DNA of 38,903 bases, the filler included, from Hemiscyllium ocellatum (taxonomy: Eukaryota): NCBI RefSeq assembly GCF_020745735.1. It is 2 parts of 2 records of this genome, joined end to end, with 100 filler letters (N's around TTAATTAATTAA, not from the genome) between each part and the next. Parts side by side here need not be neighbours in the genome. Positions count along the whole stretch, not along the records: positions 1 to 21,472 come from NW_026867442.1; 1 more part is not named here. One strand, 5' to 3'. This document shows positions 1 through 12,019 of this stretch, in pieces (positions within the stretch are counted from its first letter, which is position 1; every line of letters starts with the position of its first letter). The notes under the pieces were generated by a model. The model saw only the letters and a list, made by a program, of their open reading frames with translations. It was not told the DNA's origin and did not search any database. Position numbers and translations under genes: made by a program.

Positions 1-589
1 CCTGCCCCACCGTGACATGATCCATTTTTAATGACCCCATGATCTGGCTCAGCAAAGAACTTCGTCCAAGCAACTGGGGGTGGGCAATATTTATGAAGCT
101 TGCCAATGATGAAGCAGAAATAATAATGAGAAGGAATAATGCAGCTCCTTGCTCTCTGCCTTTTAGCCTCTGAGCCAGCACACTCTCACCGTTCTGGGTT
201 TCTAATCCTCTAACATTAATTCATTAAAGTGTGGGAATATAGGAAGAGGTTTTATTTTGAACTATAAGGTCTCTTTTCTCCGTGACTCTCTCCTTTTCAA
301 CCCCCTACAATCCTGTCACCAGATGCTTGTGCTGACAGCCTTGTTGTGCAGAGTGAAAGCTCTCGGTGTTCTCTGAGGCCTCACTGCCTTGTGTCTGTCT
401 CCACTGCAACATAAGGCAAATGACGTGTTTCTAAAACCCTGTTGAAATTAAAAGCCAGCAAAGAAAATGACTGCAACAAGAATTGAGTTGGTCTTGTTCA
501 AAAAAATAATTTTCATTTTAAAATTACATTTTTGTCAGTGAGTGACAAAGGAAAGATGGGGGTCCAGAATTGCTGCAGCCTCTGTCAGA

Positions 590-900
590 ACATAGGGCCC
601 AGGAGCAGGAGCAGGCCTTTTGGGAGCTGCTGTGCCAATGAAGAAGATCACTGCTCATCTGGTTATGGTCTCGCCCGTACTTTCTGCTTCCCCACCCCCT
701 CCCATTATCCTTAATTGCCTTGTTCATCAAAAAATCTGTCGACTGTAACCTTGTGCCAACTCCATGAGTGAACCTCCATCCCCATGTAGAGAAGAGAATT
801 CCACAGACTATCAATCCTCAGCAAGAAAACCCCTCCTTCCCTTTAAACTGGAGACTGGTTTGTGTTAAACCTGCCCTCCAGTCCTCGTCTGCCCGATAAC
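590..900 (-). mobile_element. degraded CR1 LINE 3' end
   Basis: Decayed version of the CR1 3' tail (aggagcaggagcaggcc... agagaattccacagac) seen in cleaner form at 27640-27900; boundaries approximate. Confidence 0.45.
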
Positions 901-1424
901 AGGATCCACCCTCTCAGTATCCAGCCTGTGATGTCACCTTCAGATCAGAAACTGGTAATGAGAAAGAACAGGTTACATCAGTGAGACTTTTCCCCAGAGG
1001 TGATGAACAGTGTTGATGTAAATTGTTTTTTCCAGTCCCAGAGTCCAGAACAAGAGGGTTGTTAAAATTGTAATTCAGACGATTTCAGGAAAATTTCTTT
1101 CCGACAGAGTGATGGAAATCTGGAACCCTCAATCCAAAATAAAAAGCTGTTGAGGTTGGGTTTCAATATCCATTTTCTCAGGGCAGTACGGTTTACAGGA
1201 CAAAGGGAGAATGTATTCCAGGTCAGCCATGGCCTGATTAACTGGGGAACTAGGTCAAAGCAACTGATTGGTCATTCCCACTGGAATCCACTGGAATGAC
1301 TACTGGTGTGTTTGCAGCTAATGGAAGGAGTCATTACCCATAGTCTTCAGCAGCTGTGCAAGTCCTCCATAGTAACTAGAAAGCAGCTGTTTCACTGTGC
1401 CTGAACAATACAAAGTCAGAGGAC

Positions 1425-1530
1425 ACACTACACCAGGTTCTAGCCCAACTGATTCATTTGAAATCACAAGCTTCTGAAGCGCTGCTCCTTTATCAGGTGT
1501 ACCCCAGTCCACCATCGACATTTCCACATT
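1425..1530 (-). mobile_element. Penelope-like element terminal fragment with decayed hammerhead motif
   Basis: Similar to the termini at 34433-34515 and 34810-34896; - strand reads cacCTGATAA AGGAGC AGC GCTTC AGAA GCTT GTG (core mutated). Confidence 0.55.
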
Positions 1531-1588
1531 ACTGAACAGTCCAAATAAACTGGGGCTCTGTGAGGATCGAACCAGCTGGATCTGTACA

Positions 1589-1591
<3 letters not shown>

Positions 1592-1627
<36 letters not shown>
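1592..1627. repeat. (GA)18 microsatellite
   Basis: Direct reading of the sequence. Confidence 0.97.
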
Positions 1628-1629
<2 letters not shown>

Positions 1630-1724
1630 ATCTTTTGAACCAGGATACCTAATTGCACCACAATAAAAATGCTCTGCATGCTGTGATATATCAAAAATAA
1701 GCACTTTGGTGTAACTTTTGATTG

Positions 1725-3101
1725 TCCTCACAGTGTGCTATTTTATTCATGATGTGATACACGGAGACTATGTCAACGTTGGGTGGCAAAAAGTATATTT
1801 TCTCCACTAATCCCTTTCCAAAACGCGCTCTCCATCTTGCTTTAATCCTTATTGACTCTTCTACAATTGCCTCTATTTCCTCACTCCTTTCCGGTCCCAA
1901 AGGAACATATGGACAGACGTCATGACCCCACTCTGTCTTAAATTTCATGTGTAGTGTATTGGAGCTTGGGCCCCTCCCTCAGGCCCAGGTGTAGGGGCCT
2001 GTTCAACAATCTGCACATTGTCCTTTGTCTCTTTCTGAATGAACTGGATCAAGTTGCAGTAACGATCTGGCAACAAGGTGTCTTGTCTAAAATGTTCCCA
2101 GCATTGGATACAGAACTGGCTGTGTCAGAGGAGACAGAGGGTAGTGATGGAAGGATGGATTTCAGAATGGAGGGCTGTGTCTTGTGGGGTTTCACAGGGA
2201 TCAATGATGGTACCTTTGCTGTCCATGGTCTCCATAAGTGATTTGGACGAAAACATGGCTAGTCTAATTCATGAGTTTGTGGATGCCACAAAGATTGCTG
2301 GAGTTGCAGTTAATGATCAGATTATCAGAGGATACAGCAGGACATAGATCAATTGGACGCATGGATAGAAAATGGCAGATGAAGTTTAATCCAAATAAAT
2401 GTGAAATGATGCATTTTGAAAGATGAAGCACGTGGCAGAATACCTGCACAGTGAATGGCAGAATCCATTGGAGTATTGAAATGCAGAGGGATCTGGGTGT
2501 ACATGTTCACAGATCACTGATGGTGGCAGCACCTAAGGTAGTAAAAAAGGCAATGGCAGGCTTGGCTACATTGGGAGGAGCACTGAGTATTAGGATAGAC
2601 AAGTTATACTGCAGCTTTACTGAACTTTAGTTTGGCCACACTTGGAATATTGCATATGGTTCTGGTCACCATGACCAGAAGGATGTGGATGCTTTGGAGA
2701 GGGTACTGAAAAAATGTACCAAGAATGCTGTCTGATATGAGGGATTTTCCCAGGGTAGAGGGGTCAGTTACTAGGGGACACAGGTACAAGGTGTGGGAGG
2801 GGGTGGGTGGGTGCAGTGGGGAATTAAAACAGATGTGTGAGGTAAGTATTTCACACAAACGGTGGTGAGGGCTGGAACACGCTGCCAGTGGAAGTGGTGG
2901 AAGCAGACACAATAGCAGCATTCAAGAAATACCTGGATGAATACACGGAAAAGAAGGGAATAGAGGGATATGAATCCTGTAGGTGAATACAGTTTCGGTG
3001 AGGAAGGGCAAAATGTGTCAACACAGGCTGGGAGGGCCGAAGGGCCTGTTCCTGTGCTGTATAGTTCCTTGTTCTTTGGTCCCTGCTGTTGAATTGGATT
3101 C
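1725..3101 (+). repeat. arm A of an inverted segmental duplication (partner 5232-6735)
   Basis: Shares the non-TE 5' part, the CR1 truncation junction and the post-tail flank gtccctgctgttgaattggattc with the reverse complement of 5232-6735. Confidence 0.85.
2085..3075 (+). mobile_element. 5'-truncated, decayed CR1 LINE (RT C-terminal half and 3' tail)
   Basis: WIQNWLCQRRQRVV..SEWRAVSCGVSQGS, FVDATKIAG (decayed FADD region), tail gggccgaagggcctgttcctgtgctgt. Confidence 0.85.
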
Positions 3102-3734
3102 AAACCAACAATGCAGGAAGACTCATGATGAAGTGGGTGTTTGTTTGATTTCTCACTTGTGTTAATACAGTTTTAAATGTGTCTGCGTACTTTCCCCTCT
3201 CTCTCTGTGGAGGGTGTCACTGTCATTGTCTCCATCCGACCTTTCCACTCTCATAGTGATAGCAGTTTTTGCATTCCTTCTGTTCGGGGGAGCTGTCATT
3301 CCCCCGCCCATATTACAACAATGACTAGACTTTGGAATTTCTCCATTAGCTGTAAAACATCTTTGAACATCCTGAGCTCATGAACAGTGTAACAGAAGGG
3401 CAATTCTCTCTCCTTTTTGTTTCCTCTCCATGCCTTCCCATCTGTCTCCCCACAACATCCCTCCCTTGTTTAAAATCTGGAATGAATTATGAATCTCTGG
3501 GAGAATTTAATCTGTGGCAACATTGAAACTAACAACAACCACCTCCTTGGTGGGCTTTGAGTGTGAAGGTCAATAACACTCTCACTGGGACTTGATCTGG
3601 GTTGTCTCCAGTCAGTCAGTGTTATTGTTCTGGGGCCAGACATTACTGACCCACCTTAGACCCTGTGCTCCGATTGAGATGACGGATGACCTGCACTGGG
3701 CTTTAACACACTGTTACCACAGCACAGAGTGAAA

Positions 3735-4865
3735 TCATGTAGCGCTGGTTAGGCAGAATCCCTGGAGCAGGAGAGTCGACATTTTGAGCATAAGCTCTTC
3801 ATCAGGAATGGAGAGGAGGGAGTCAGGAGTCAGAGAGATAAATAGGAGGGAATTGGGGCTGGGGAAAATGTAATGAAGATTGCAATAGGTACGTGGAGGT
3901 GGGGGGGTGACAGTGATAGGTCAGAGTGAAGGGTGGAGTGGATAGGTGGGAAGGAAGATGGACAGGTAGGACAGTTCAAAAGGGTGGTGCCGAGTTGGAG
4001 GGTTGGACCTGGGATAAGCTGGGGGAGTGGAGATGAGGAAACAAGTAACATCAACATTCAGAGTATTGAGTACAGGAGTTGGGAGGTCATGTTGCGGCTG
4101 TACAGGACATTGGTTAGGCTACTGCTGGAATATTGCATGCAATTCTGGTCTCCTTCCTATTGGAAAGATGTTGTGAAACTTGAAAGGGTTCAGAAAAGAT
4201 TTACAAGGATGTTGCCAGGGTTGGAAGATCGGAGCTACAGGGAGAGGCTGAACAGGCTGGTGCTGTTTTCCCTGGAGCATCAGAGGCTGAGTGATAACCT
4301 GATAGAGTTTTACAAAATTACGAAGGGCATGGATAGGATAAATAGACAACATCTTTTCCCAGTGGTTGGGGAGTCCAGAACTAGAGGGCATAGGTTTAGG
4401 GTGAGAGGAGAAAGATACAAAAGAGACCTAAGGGGCAACTTTTTCACGCAGAGGGTGGTATGTGTATGGAATGAGCTGCCAGAAGATGTGGTGGAGGCTG
4501 GTGCAATTGCAACATTTAAGAGGCATTTGAATGGGTATATGAATAGGAAGGGTTTGGAGGGAGATGGGCCGGGTGCTGGCAGGTGGGACTAGATTGGGTT
4601 GGGATATCTGGTCGGCATGGACGGGTTGGACTGAGGGTCTATTTCCATGCTGTACATCTCTATGACTCTATGACTCTATAACATTCATTCCGTGTCATTG
4701 GAGGGTCTCAAGGTGGAAGATGTGGTGTTCTTCCTCCAGTTGTTAGATGGCTTCAATTTGGCGGTGGAGTAGGCCTAGGGACTTGCATATCCTTAGCAAG
4801 TGGATGGGGAGTTGAAATGGTCGGCCACAGGGTGGTGGGGTTGTTTAGTGTGTGTGTCCTGAAGA
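3735..4865 (-). mobile_element. Penelope-like element 3' fragment (3735-4040 and 4690-4865) split by a CR1 insertion
   Basis: Reverse complements match the PLE terminus and GIY-YIG C-terminal region at 33430-33990. Confidence 0.65.
4045..4680 (+). mobile_element. 5'-truncated CR1 LINE nested in the PLE fragment
   Basis: ORF 3933-4592 contains IEYRSWEVMLRLYRTLVRLLLEYCMQFWSP...RGNFFTQRVVCVWNELP; ends in an (ACTCTATG)n tail. Confidence 0.9.
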
Positions 4866-5231
4866 TATCATCTTCCAATCCTCCAATGAAGATGCACTGT
4901 CCTCACCAAAACATGTTGGCAAATCTCTTCGTAACACATAAAGGGAGAGAAACATTGAAAACTGTATTATCATGAGTGAGAGTCCACTTGAAACAAGGAC
5001 TATGATGTTAAATGCTCCCAGCCGTAAAGAACACTGATGTATTGATGTCATTATCTTATTAAACAATATTAAAACCTCAGCCAAACATTTTCCTGCAGAC
5101 AGTGTATTTAAAATATCAAGAGGCTTTCCCCATTGTTGGTTTGATCAGTGACGTAACAAGGAAGCAGCAGCTGCCCCATGAACTCCAACAAAAGAATGAG
5201 AACAGGCTCTTCATATGGAGCTGGCTCCCGA

Positions 5232-6735
5232 GAATCCAATTCAACAGCAGGGACCAAAGAACAAGGGACAATACAGCACAGGAACAGGCCCTTCGGCCCT
5301 CCAAGCCTGTGCTGATACATTTTGCCCTTCTATACTGAAACTATCTTCATCGACAGGATTCATATCCCTCTATTCCCTTCCTATTCATGCATTAGTGCAG
5401 GAATTTCTTGAATACTTCTATTGTGTCTGCTTCCACCCCCTCCTCTGGCTGTGTGTTCCAGGTAGTCAACTTCCTCTGTGTGAAATACTTGGTTTGTACA
5501 CCTCTTTACAATGAATTCCCCCAAACCCCTGCACCTTGAACATGCGTCCCCTAGTATTTGACCCCCTCCACCCTGGGAAAAAGTCTCATTATTTCCACTC
5601 TGCCTATCCCATTCACAACTCTGTAAACTTCTATCAGGACGCACCTCATTTTCCTGCATTCCAGTGAAAACAAACTCAGTCTCTCCAACCTTTCTTCAGA
5701 ACTACAATCCCCCCATACCAGACAATATCCTGGTAAACATTTTCTGCACCGTCTTCAAAACATCCACATCCTTCTTTTTGGACTGTGTGCAGTTCTATGC
5801 GACCAGAACTGTGTGCACTATTCCAAGTGTGGCCGAACTAAAGTTCTATAAAGCTGCAGCATAACTTGTCTGTCCTTACACTCAATGCCCCTTCCAATGA
5901 AGGCAACCAGGCCATCAGCCTTTTTTACTGCCTTACCTCCCTGTGCTGGCACCTTCAGTGATCTGTGGACATACACACCCAGATCCCTCTGCATATCAAT
6001 ACTCCAAAGGATTCTGTCATTCACTGTATAATTCCCACCTGTACATCACCTTCCAAAATGCATCACCTCACATTTGTCTGGATTAAACTACACCTGCCAT
6101 TTTTCTGTCCAAGCATCTCTATCCTGCCATATCCTAGATAATCCTTCTCATTCTCTGCACTTCTACCAATCTTTGTATCAATTGTAAAATTACTAATTAG
6201 ACCAGCTACGCTTTCCTCCAAATCATTTATGTAGACCATATACAGCAGAGTTCCCTGTGGAACACCACGAGTCACAGCCCTCCATTCTGAAAACCATCCC
6301 CCCATCACTGCCCTCTGTCTCCTCCTACTCAGCCAGTTCTGTGCCCAATGCTGGAAACATTTTAGACAAGACACCTTGTCGCCAGCTCTTACTGCAACTT
6401 GATCCAGTTCATTCAGAAAGAGGAAAAGGACAATGTGCAGATTGTTGAACAGGCCCCAACACCTGGTCCTGAGGCAGGAGCCCAATCTCCAACACACTGG
6501 CCTCACTTCACACCAACCTTCACACAGTGCGGGGTCATGAACTCCGGCCATCAATCCCTCTGAGACCGGGATGGAGTAGGGGAACAGGGACAATTGTAGA
6601 AGAGTCAATAAGGAGTAAAGAAAGATGGAGAGAGTGTGTTGGAAAGTGTTCAATGGAGGGAACATACCTTGCGATACCCAATACTGACAGAGTCTCCATG
6701 TATCACAGAATGTACAAAACAGCACTCCAGTAATG
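5232..6735 (-). repeat. arm B of the inverted segmental duplication, including decayed CR1 at ~5255-6365
   Basis: Reverse-complement homology to 1725-3101; ORF 6063-6725 runs from the non-TE cassette into CR1 RT (QNWLSRRRQRAVMGGWFSEWRAVTRGVPQG). Confidence 0.85.
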
Positions 6736-6850
6736 TGGCTGACCCTTACCTGCCATTTAAAAGGCTAAAGAAGCCACTCAGTTTCAGGACAGGTAGGGAT
6801 GGGGAACAAATGCTGGTCTTGCCAGTGACTCCCACATCCCAGAAAAGAAT
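6727..6850 (+). mobile_element. 3' part of a tRNA-derived SINE (same family as 31162-31505)
   Basis: taatgtggctgaccc...tagggatggggaacaaatgctggtcttgccagtgactcccacatccc matches the tail at 31410-31495. Confidence 0.6.
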
Positions 6851-7344
6851 AGATGGGTTCAGTGATAACACCGTCACCTGAACCTGCAGGTTTCAAGCCC
6901 CACTCCAGACACTGGAGCACTGTCCTGAGGCTGGCAAAGGCAAAGATGCCATCTGCTGGATGATCGGTTAAACCACTGCCCTCTCTGGTCGATGTGAATA
7001 TAAGGGCTTTGTGACCATCTCAGGGAAAATCTCCCCAGTGTGCTGACCAATGCTTCTCTTATAACCAATGGCATTAAAACAGATACATAAACAAAATACT
7101 GCAAATCTCAAATAGAAGCACGATGCTGGAGAAAGGGAACAGGTGCAGCCTCTGTGGGAGAGGAGGTTTAACTTTTTGGGTTCAGTGATGTTTTATCAAA
7201 AAGGCAGCAAAATTATATTTTATTTAATTTTATGCTGTTTTATATTATTTTATTTAAATTTTGTTGAAAACAAGTTTACCCGCTTGATTGGAACCACATT
7301 CACACACATGCATTCCCCCCACACCGACGCTCAGTAACAGCTCT

Positions 7345-7660
7345 GTGTACTATTTACAAGATGCACTGCAGAGATTCACCAAAGATCCTGAGACAACAGC
7401 TTCCAAACCCATGACCACTTATATTTGGACAAGGACAGCAGGTACACGGGACCATCACCCCAGCAAGTTCCTCTCCAAGTCATTCACCAGTTTGACTTGG
7501 AAATATGAAGCAGTTCCTACATCATCACTGGGTCACAATCCTGGAATTCCCCTCCTATGACATTGTGGGTCTACCAACAGCAGACTGACTGCAGGGGTTC
7601 AAGATGGGAGCTAATCACCACCAGGTCCAGGGCAATTAGAGATGGACAGTAAAAAGCCTG
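7345..7660 (+). mobile_element. L2/CR1-group LINE 3' end (probable partner of that SINE)
   Basis: Ends in gggcaattagagatggacagtaaa, a variant of the SINE tail gattagggatgggcaataaa. Confidence 0.5.
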
Positions 7661-7899
7661 GTACAAGAGAGTGTAAACGTGCTTAAGGACCAGAAAGTGA
7701 GACTGCGATGTTTCAGTTATTCCTGGACATTGGTGTGACCACATCTCAAATACTGAGGGTAGTTTTGGTCTCCCTATTGAAGGAAGAATATAAATGCATC
7801 GGAGGTGGTTCACAGGAATTTTACCCGATTGATCCCTGGAATGAGTGGGCTGTGATGAGGAAAGATTGGAAAAGGAGATAAAGGGAATGGGGCGGAGCA

Positions 7900-8210
7900 G
7901 GGTGTTGAGGTAGGGATAGGTTGAGAATGGTAGAGAATATGACCTGATTAGTCGATGGGAGAGTAATTTGTATTCATCCCTCCCATCAACCAATCCTCTA
8001 CCTACCTTCACCTATCCCCATCTCACCACCCTGCCCCCCACTACTCCCTTTATCTGCAGCTCCCCCATCATTCCCCCACCTCCCAACCCACCCCCATTCC
8101 TGAAGAAGGATTACAGCCAAAACATTGATTTCTCCACCTCCTGATGCTGCCTGGCTTGCTGTGTTCTCCCAGCCTCCTGCTTGTCAACCTTGGATTCCAG
8201 CATTTGCACT
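7900..8210 (+). mobile_element. Penelope-like element 3' terminus, decayed hammerhead
   Basis: C-rich tract, then ttcCTGAAGA AGGA TTAC AGCC AAAA CATTGA and the gatgctgcctggcttgctgtgttc tail, as at 20040-20166. Confidence 0.7.
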
Positions 8211-8505
8211 TTCTTTTGTCTCTAATCTCTTCAGGGGCCTGGATGAGAGTGAGGGAATTGGGTTTTGATGGAGCTACCCACAGACTCAAGTCAAAAGAAG
8301 CAAAGCAAGAAAGGCAAGTGGATCGAATACAAGAGACCAAATTGTGAGCAAAAACCAATTATTACCAGTTTAGCAATTGCAAAGCAGAGAGTGACAACAT
8401 TGAATTGCTTCTGGTGTCATCCTCTGTGCCCTAACATTTCACATTGCCAGCTCCACATCCTTCCATTGGCTTTGTCATTGAGAGGCAACAGTTCCCTTCC
8501 CACAG

Positions 8506-10115
8506 CATAGAACATAGAACATAGAAAAATACAGCGCAGTACAGGCCCTTCGGCCCTCAATGTTGCGCCGACCGAATCCTACCTAACCTACACTAGCCCA
8601 ATAACTTCCAAATGCCTATCCAATGCCCGCTTAAATGACCATAAAGAGGGAGAGTTCACCACTGCTACTGGCAGGGCATTCCATGAACTCACAACCCGCT
8701 GTGTAAAGAATCTACCCCTAACATCTGTCCTATACCTTCCACCCCTTAATTTAAAGCTGTGTCCCCTTGTAACAGCTGACTCCATTAGCGGTAAAAGGTT
8801 TTCAGTGTCTACCCTATCTAAACCCCTAATCATCTTGTACACCTCTATCAAATCTCCCCTAAACCTTCTTTTCTCCAATGAGAACAGCCCCAAGTGCCTC
8901 AGTCTTTCCTCATACGATTTTCCTACCATACCAGGCAACATCCTGGTAAACCTCCTCTGCACTCGTTCCAATGCCTCCACATCCTTCCTATAGTATGGCG
9001 ACCAAAACTGCACACAATACTCCAGATGAGGCCGCACCAGAGTCTTATACAACTGCAACATGACCTCAGGACTCCGGAACTCAATTCCTCTGCCAATAAA
9101 GCCCAGTACACCATATGCCTTCCTCACAGCACTATTTACCTGGGTGGCAACTTTCAGAGATCTGTGTACATGGACACCAAGATCCCTCTGCTCATCCACA
9201 CTACCAAGTAGCCTACCATTAGCCCAGTAATCCATCTTCTTGTTACTCCTACCAAAGTGAATGACTTCACACTTAGCTACATTGAATTCCATTTGCCACC
9301 TTTCTGCCCAGCTTTGCAACTTGTCTATATCCCGCTGTAACCTGCCACATCCTTCCTCACTATCCACAACTCCACCGACTTTTGTGTCATCCGCAAACTT
9401 ACTCACCCAGCTTTCAAGCCCCTCCTCTAGATCATTTATAAAGATAACAAAAAGCAATGGTCCCAAAACAGATCCTTGAGGTACACCGCTAGTAACTGCA
9501 CTCCAAGATGAACATATACCATCAACTACTACCCTCTGTCTCCTTCCAGCCAGCCAATTTCTAATCCAAACCTCTAATGCACCCTCAATGCCATACCTCC
9601 GTAGTTTTTGCATTAGCCTACCATGGGGTACCTTATCGAACGCCTTACTAAAATCCACATACACAACATCTACTGCTTTACCCTCGTCCACCTCCTTAGT
9701 CACCTGCTCAAAGAACTCAATAAGGTTTGTGAGGCACGACCTGCCCTTCACAAAACCATGCTGACTATCCTTGATCACGTTATTCCTATCCAGATGTTCA
9801 TAAATCTTATCCCTTATAATTCTCTCTAAGACTTTGCCCACCACAGAAGTCAGACTCACTGGCCTATAGTTACTCGGGCTATCCCTACTCCCCTTCTTGA
9901 ACAAGGGGACCACATTCGCCATCCTCCAGTCTTCTGGTACTATTCCCGTTGACAATGACAACATAAAAATCCAGGCCAATGGCTCTGCTATCTCCTCCCT
10001 AGCTTCCCAGAGGATCCTAGGATAAATGCCATCAGGCCCAGGAGACTTATCTATTTTCATCCTTTCCAGTATTCCCAAAACCTCTTCCCTACATACTTCA
10101 ATGCCATCCATTCTA
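8506..10115 (-). mobile_element. young 5'-truncated CR1 LINE with uninterrupted RT reading frame
   Basis: 511-aa ORF 8588-10123 with KSPGPDG, YRPVSLTS, DFSKAFDKV, GVPQGSVLGP and FADD motifs; (TTCTATG)3 tail at 8506-8526. Confidence 0.97.
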
Positions 10116-11069
10116 AAATGCACTTTTTAATATGTCCTGTCCCAGGGAATCACTGACAAAGAAAATATTTCACCATTTCTGGGAAAGTTGGAGAAATGTT
10201 AGATGTCAAGGAGCTGTTTCTCAGCCTTCAGGGTCTGACAGAAGGATGTGTGTAGGCTGTGGATTCTGGAGACAGATCACTGAGATATTCCTCACTCCCA
10301 TCAACACCTGACTTTATTCTGACATCAGTTTCTATTCTTCATTATAAAGTACCCCCACCAGTTTCAGACTAGACATTTCACACCCAGCCCCCATTTCCTC
10401 ACATTGGAATCAAGAACCAAACTTGCCCCATCTCAGGATTGCCCTCTGAATGTGGTGTCAGTGTGCTAATGCTGTGTTTGAATGAAAGAGCCACAGTGGA
10501 ATCTGGGACTGAATCCAAGGGGTTTCTGATCCACCAGCAGCCTCCCTGCTGTATGAGATTCTGTTTGGATAAGATTTCAGCCCCATGGTTCCCACTGATA
10601 CGAGAACCATGGAGTGAGATTGCTGGAGCCACGTGTGGACTGAGGAACACAACAGTCAGGACAATGAGCTGCTCTGGAATCCACCCTGAGCCCTGGATGG
10701 TTGTCACTGAGATAGCCCAGGGGCTACAGAATATGACAGCAGAAAGTGGAACCAGTTTATCATTGACTGTCCTCCCCAGCCATGACTCCCAGACTCCCCC
10801 GGACTGAACATTCTCAATCTGACTCCAGGGACACACGGGGCAATTCCATCTCATTTGAAGAGTAAAGAAAACCCAGGTCTAATTTATGGAATATTTATTT
10901 CCCAAATTGTTCTTATGCAATTGTTATTCTGAGTAACAAGGTCCTGCTGGTCATATTCATCAATTTCGGGTTCCCAGTGGCTCTGGCTCCCAAACAGTTG
11001 ATTTGAATTTCTTGGCTTTTGATCTTGCTGTGCCTAAGGGATGGGTGAGCGTTGATGGGGAATTTGCAT

Positions 11070-11460
11070 CAGATTATTGTGTTCCCCATTGTCCCCTCCT
11101 GATCATGATCCTGATTACAGCCTGGAGACCTGGACATAACTTTCATCAGATTCTTTATTTCTTGCAGTTCCTCAACTCTACCCACCCAGATTCTACTTCT
11201 GACTCTATATCACTTCTTGCTATTGATTTAATTTCATTTCTTACTAACAAGGCAACTCTTGCCCCTCTGCCCATCTGCCTGTCCTTTTGATAGGACATAT
11301 ATCCTTGGATATTTAGTTCCCAGCCCAGAGCCCCTGACAGCCATATCTCTGTGATACCCACAACATCATACCTGCCAGATTCAATCTGCACTACAAGTTC
11401 ATTCCTGCATTGACTGCACTTCTTCCCATCATTGTCCTCTTATCTCTTGTGTTTGATGTT
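11070..11460 (-). mobile_element. CR1 endonuclease-domain fragment shared with cluster B (29355-29700)
   Basis: YDVVGITEIWL...WELNIQGY..YQKDRQMGRGARVALLVRNEIKSIAR (APE-type endonuclease). Confidence 0.85.
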
Positions 11461-11789
11461 CAACTCTTGATCCTTTCCGTACTCTCTGTCCTATTATATC
11501 TTCCAGAAACCTGAATAACTTCTCCTGAGCCCTCCTCCACTTTAACTAGTTTAAATCCCTTGGAAACTCAATTTACCTCAATTTGTGGCATCACTTTGTC
11601 TCCCGTACTCGGAATGGTTCATGCATTTAGATAAAACCTCTTTAAGTTTGTTCTATTATTGATTTTCCCTGCACATGGTTCCTTTGATATTCAAAAATTC
11701 TGCCCCTTCCTTTTATTTTCTGGTAACAATCAATCCCATCACTATTCACCAACCTACCTGCTCCTTTCCACTCTATTTCCTCATTTTCC

Positions 11790-12000
11790 ATCCAACTCAA
11801 CCGAATTATTGGGTCTTTGAGTTGAGTTCAGGACAATATTTATCTTTGAACCAGCATCATTAACAGTGGTCTTTGATCTCATTGCTTTTCATGGGATCTT
11901 GCTGAGTAGAAACTGGCTGCCACTTTCCCGACATTGTAACAGTGACTGGTTTTCAAACAAAACTGTCTATAAATGTCTTTGGGAGAGTCTGAGGTGTTAA
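11790..12000 (+). mobile_element. DeuSINE-like fragment (paralogue at ~30085-30290)
   Basis: caatatttatc...gggatcttgctg...actggctgcc...acattgtaacagtgact resembles the Deu-domain SINE core as I recall it. Confidence 0.55.
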
Positions 12001-12019
12001 GGGTTCAATTGAACTTCAG

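Noticed and set aside
248-286. GGTTTTATT...CTCCGTG resembling a J-type RSS for cluster A
   Set aside because: Spacer is 21, heptamer matches 5/7, and no FGxG J follows
6390-6490. WRLGSCL...NLHIVLFLFLNELDQVAV as a GPCR TM3/DRY-like segment
   Set aside because: The conserved extracellular Cys and DRY spacing do not fit; resemblance is superficial
10492-10498. Perfect CACAGTG heptamer
   Set aside because: No nonamer at 12 or 23 bp and no V upstream
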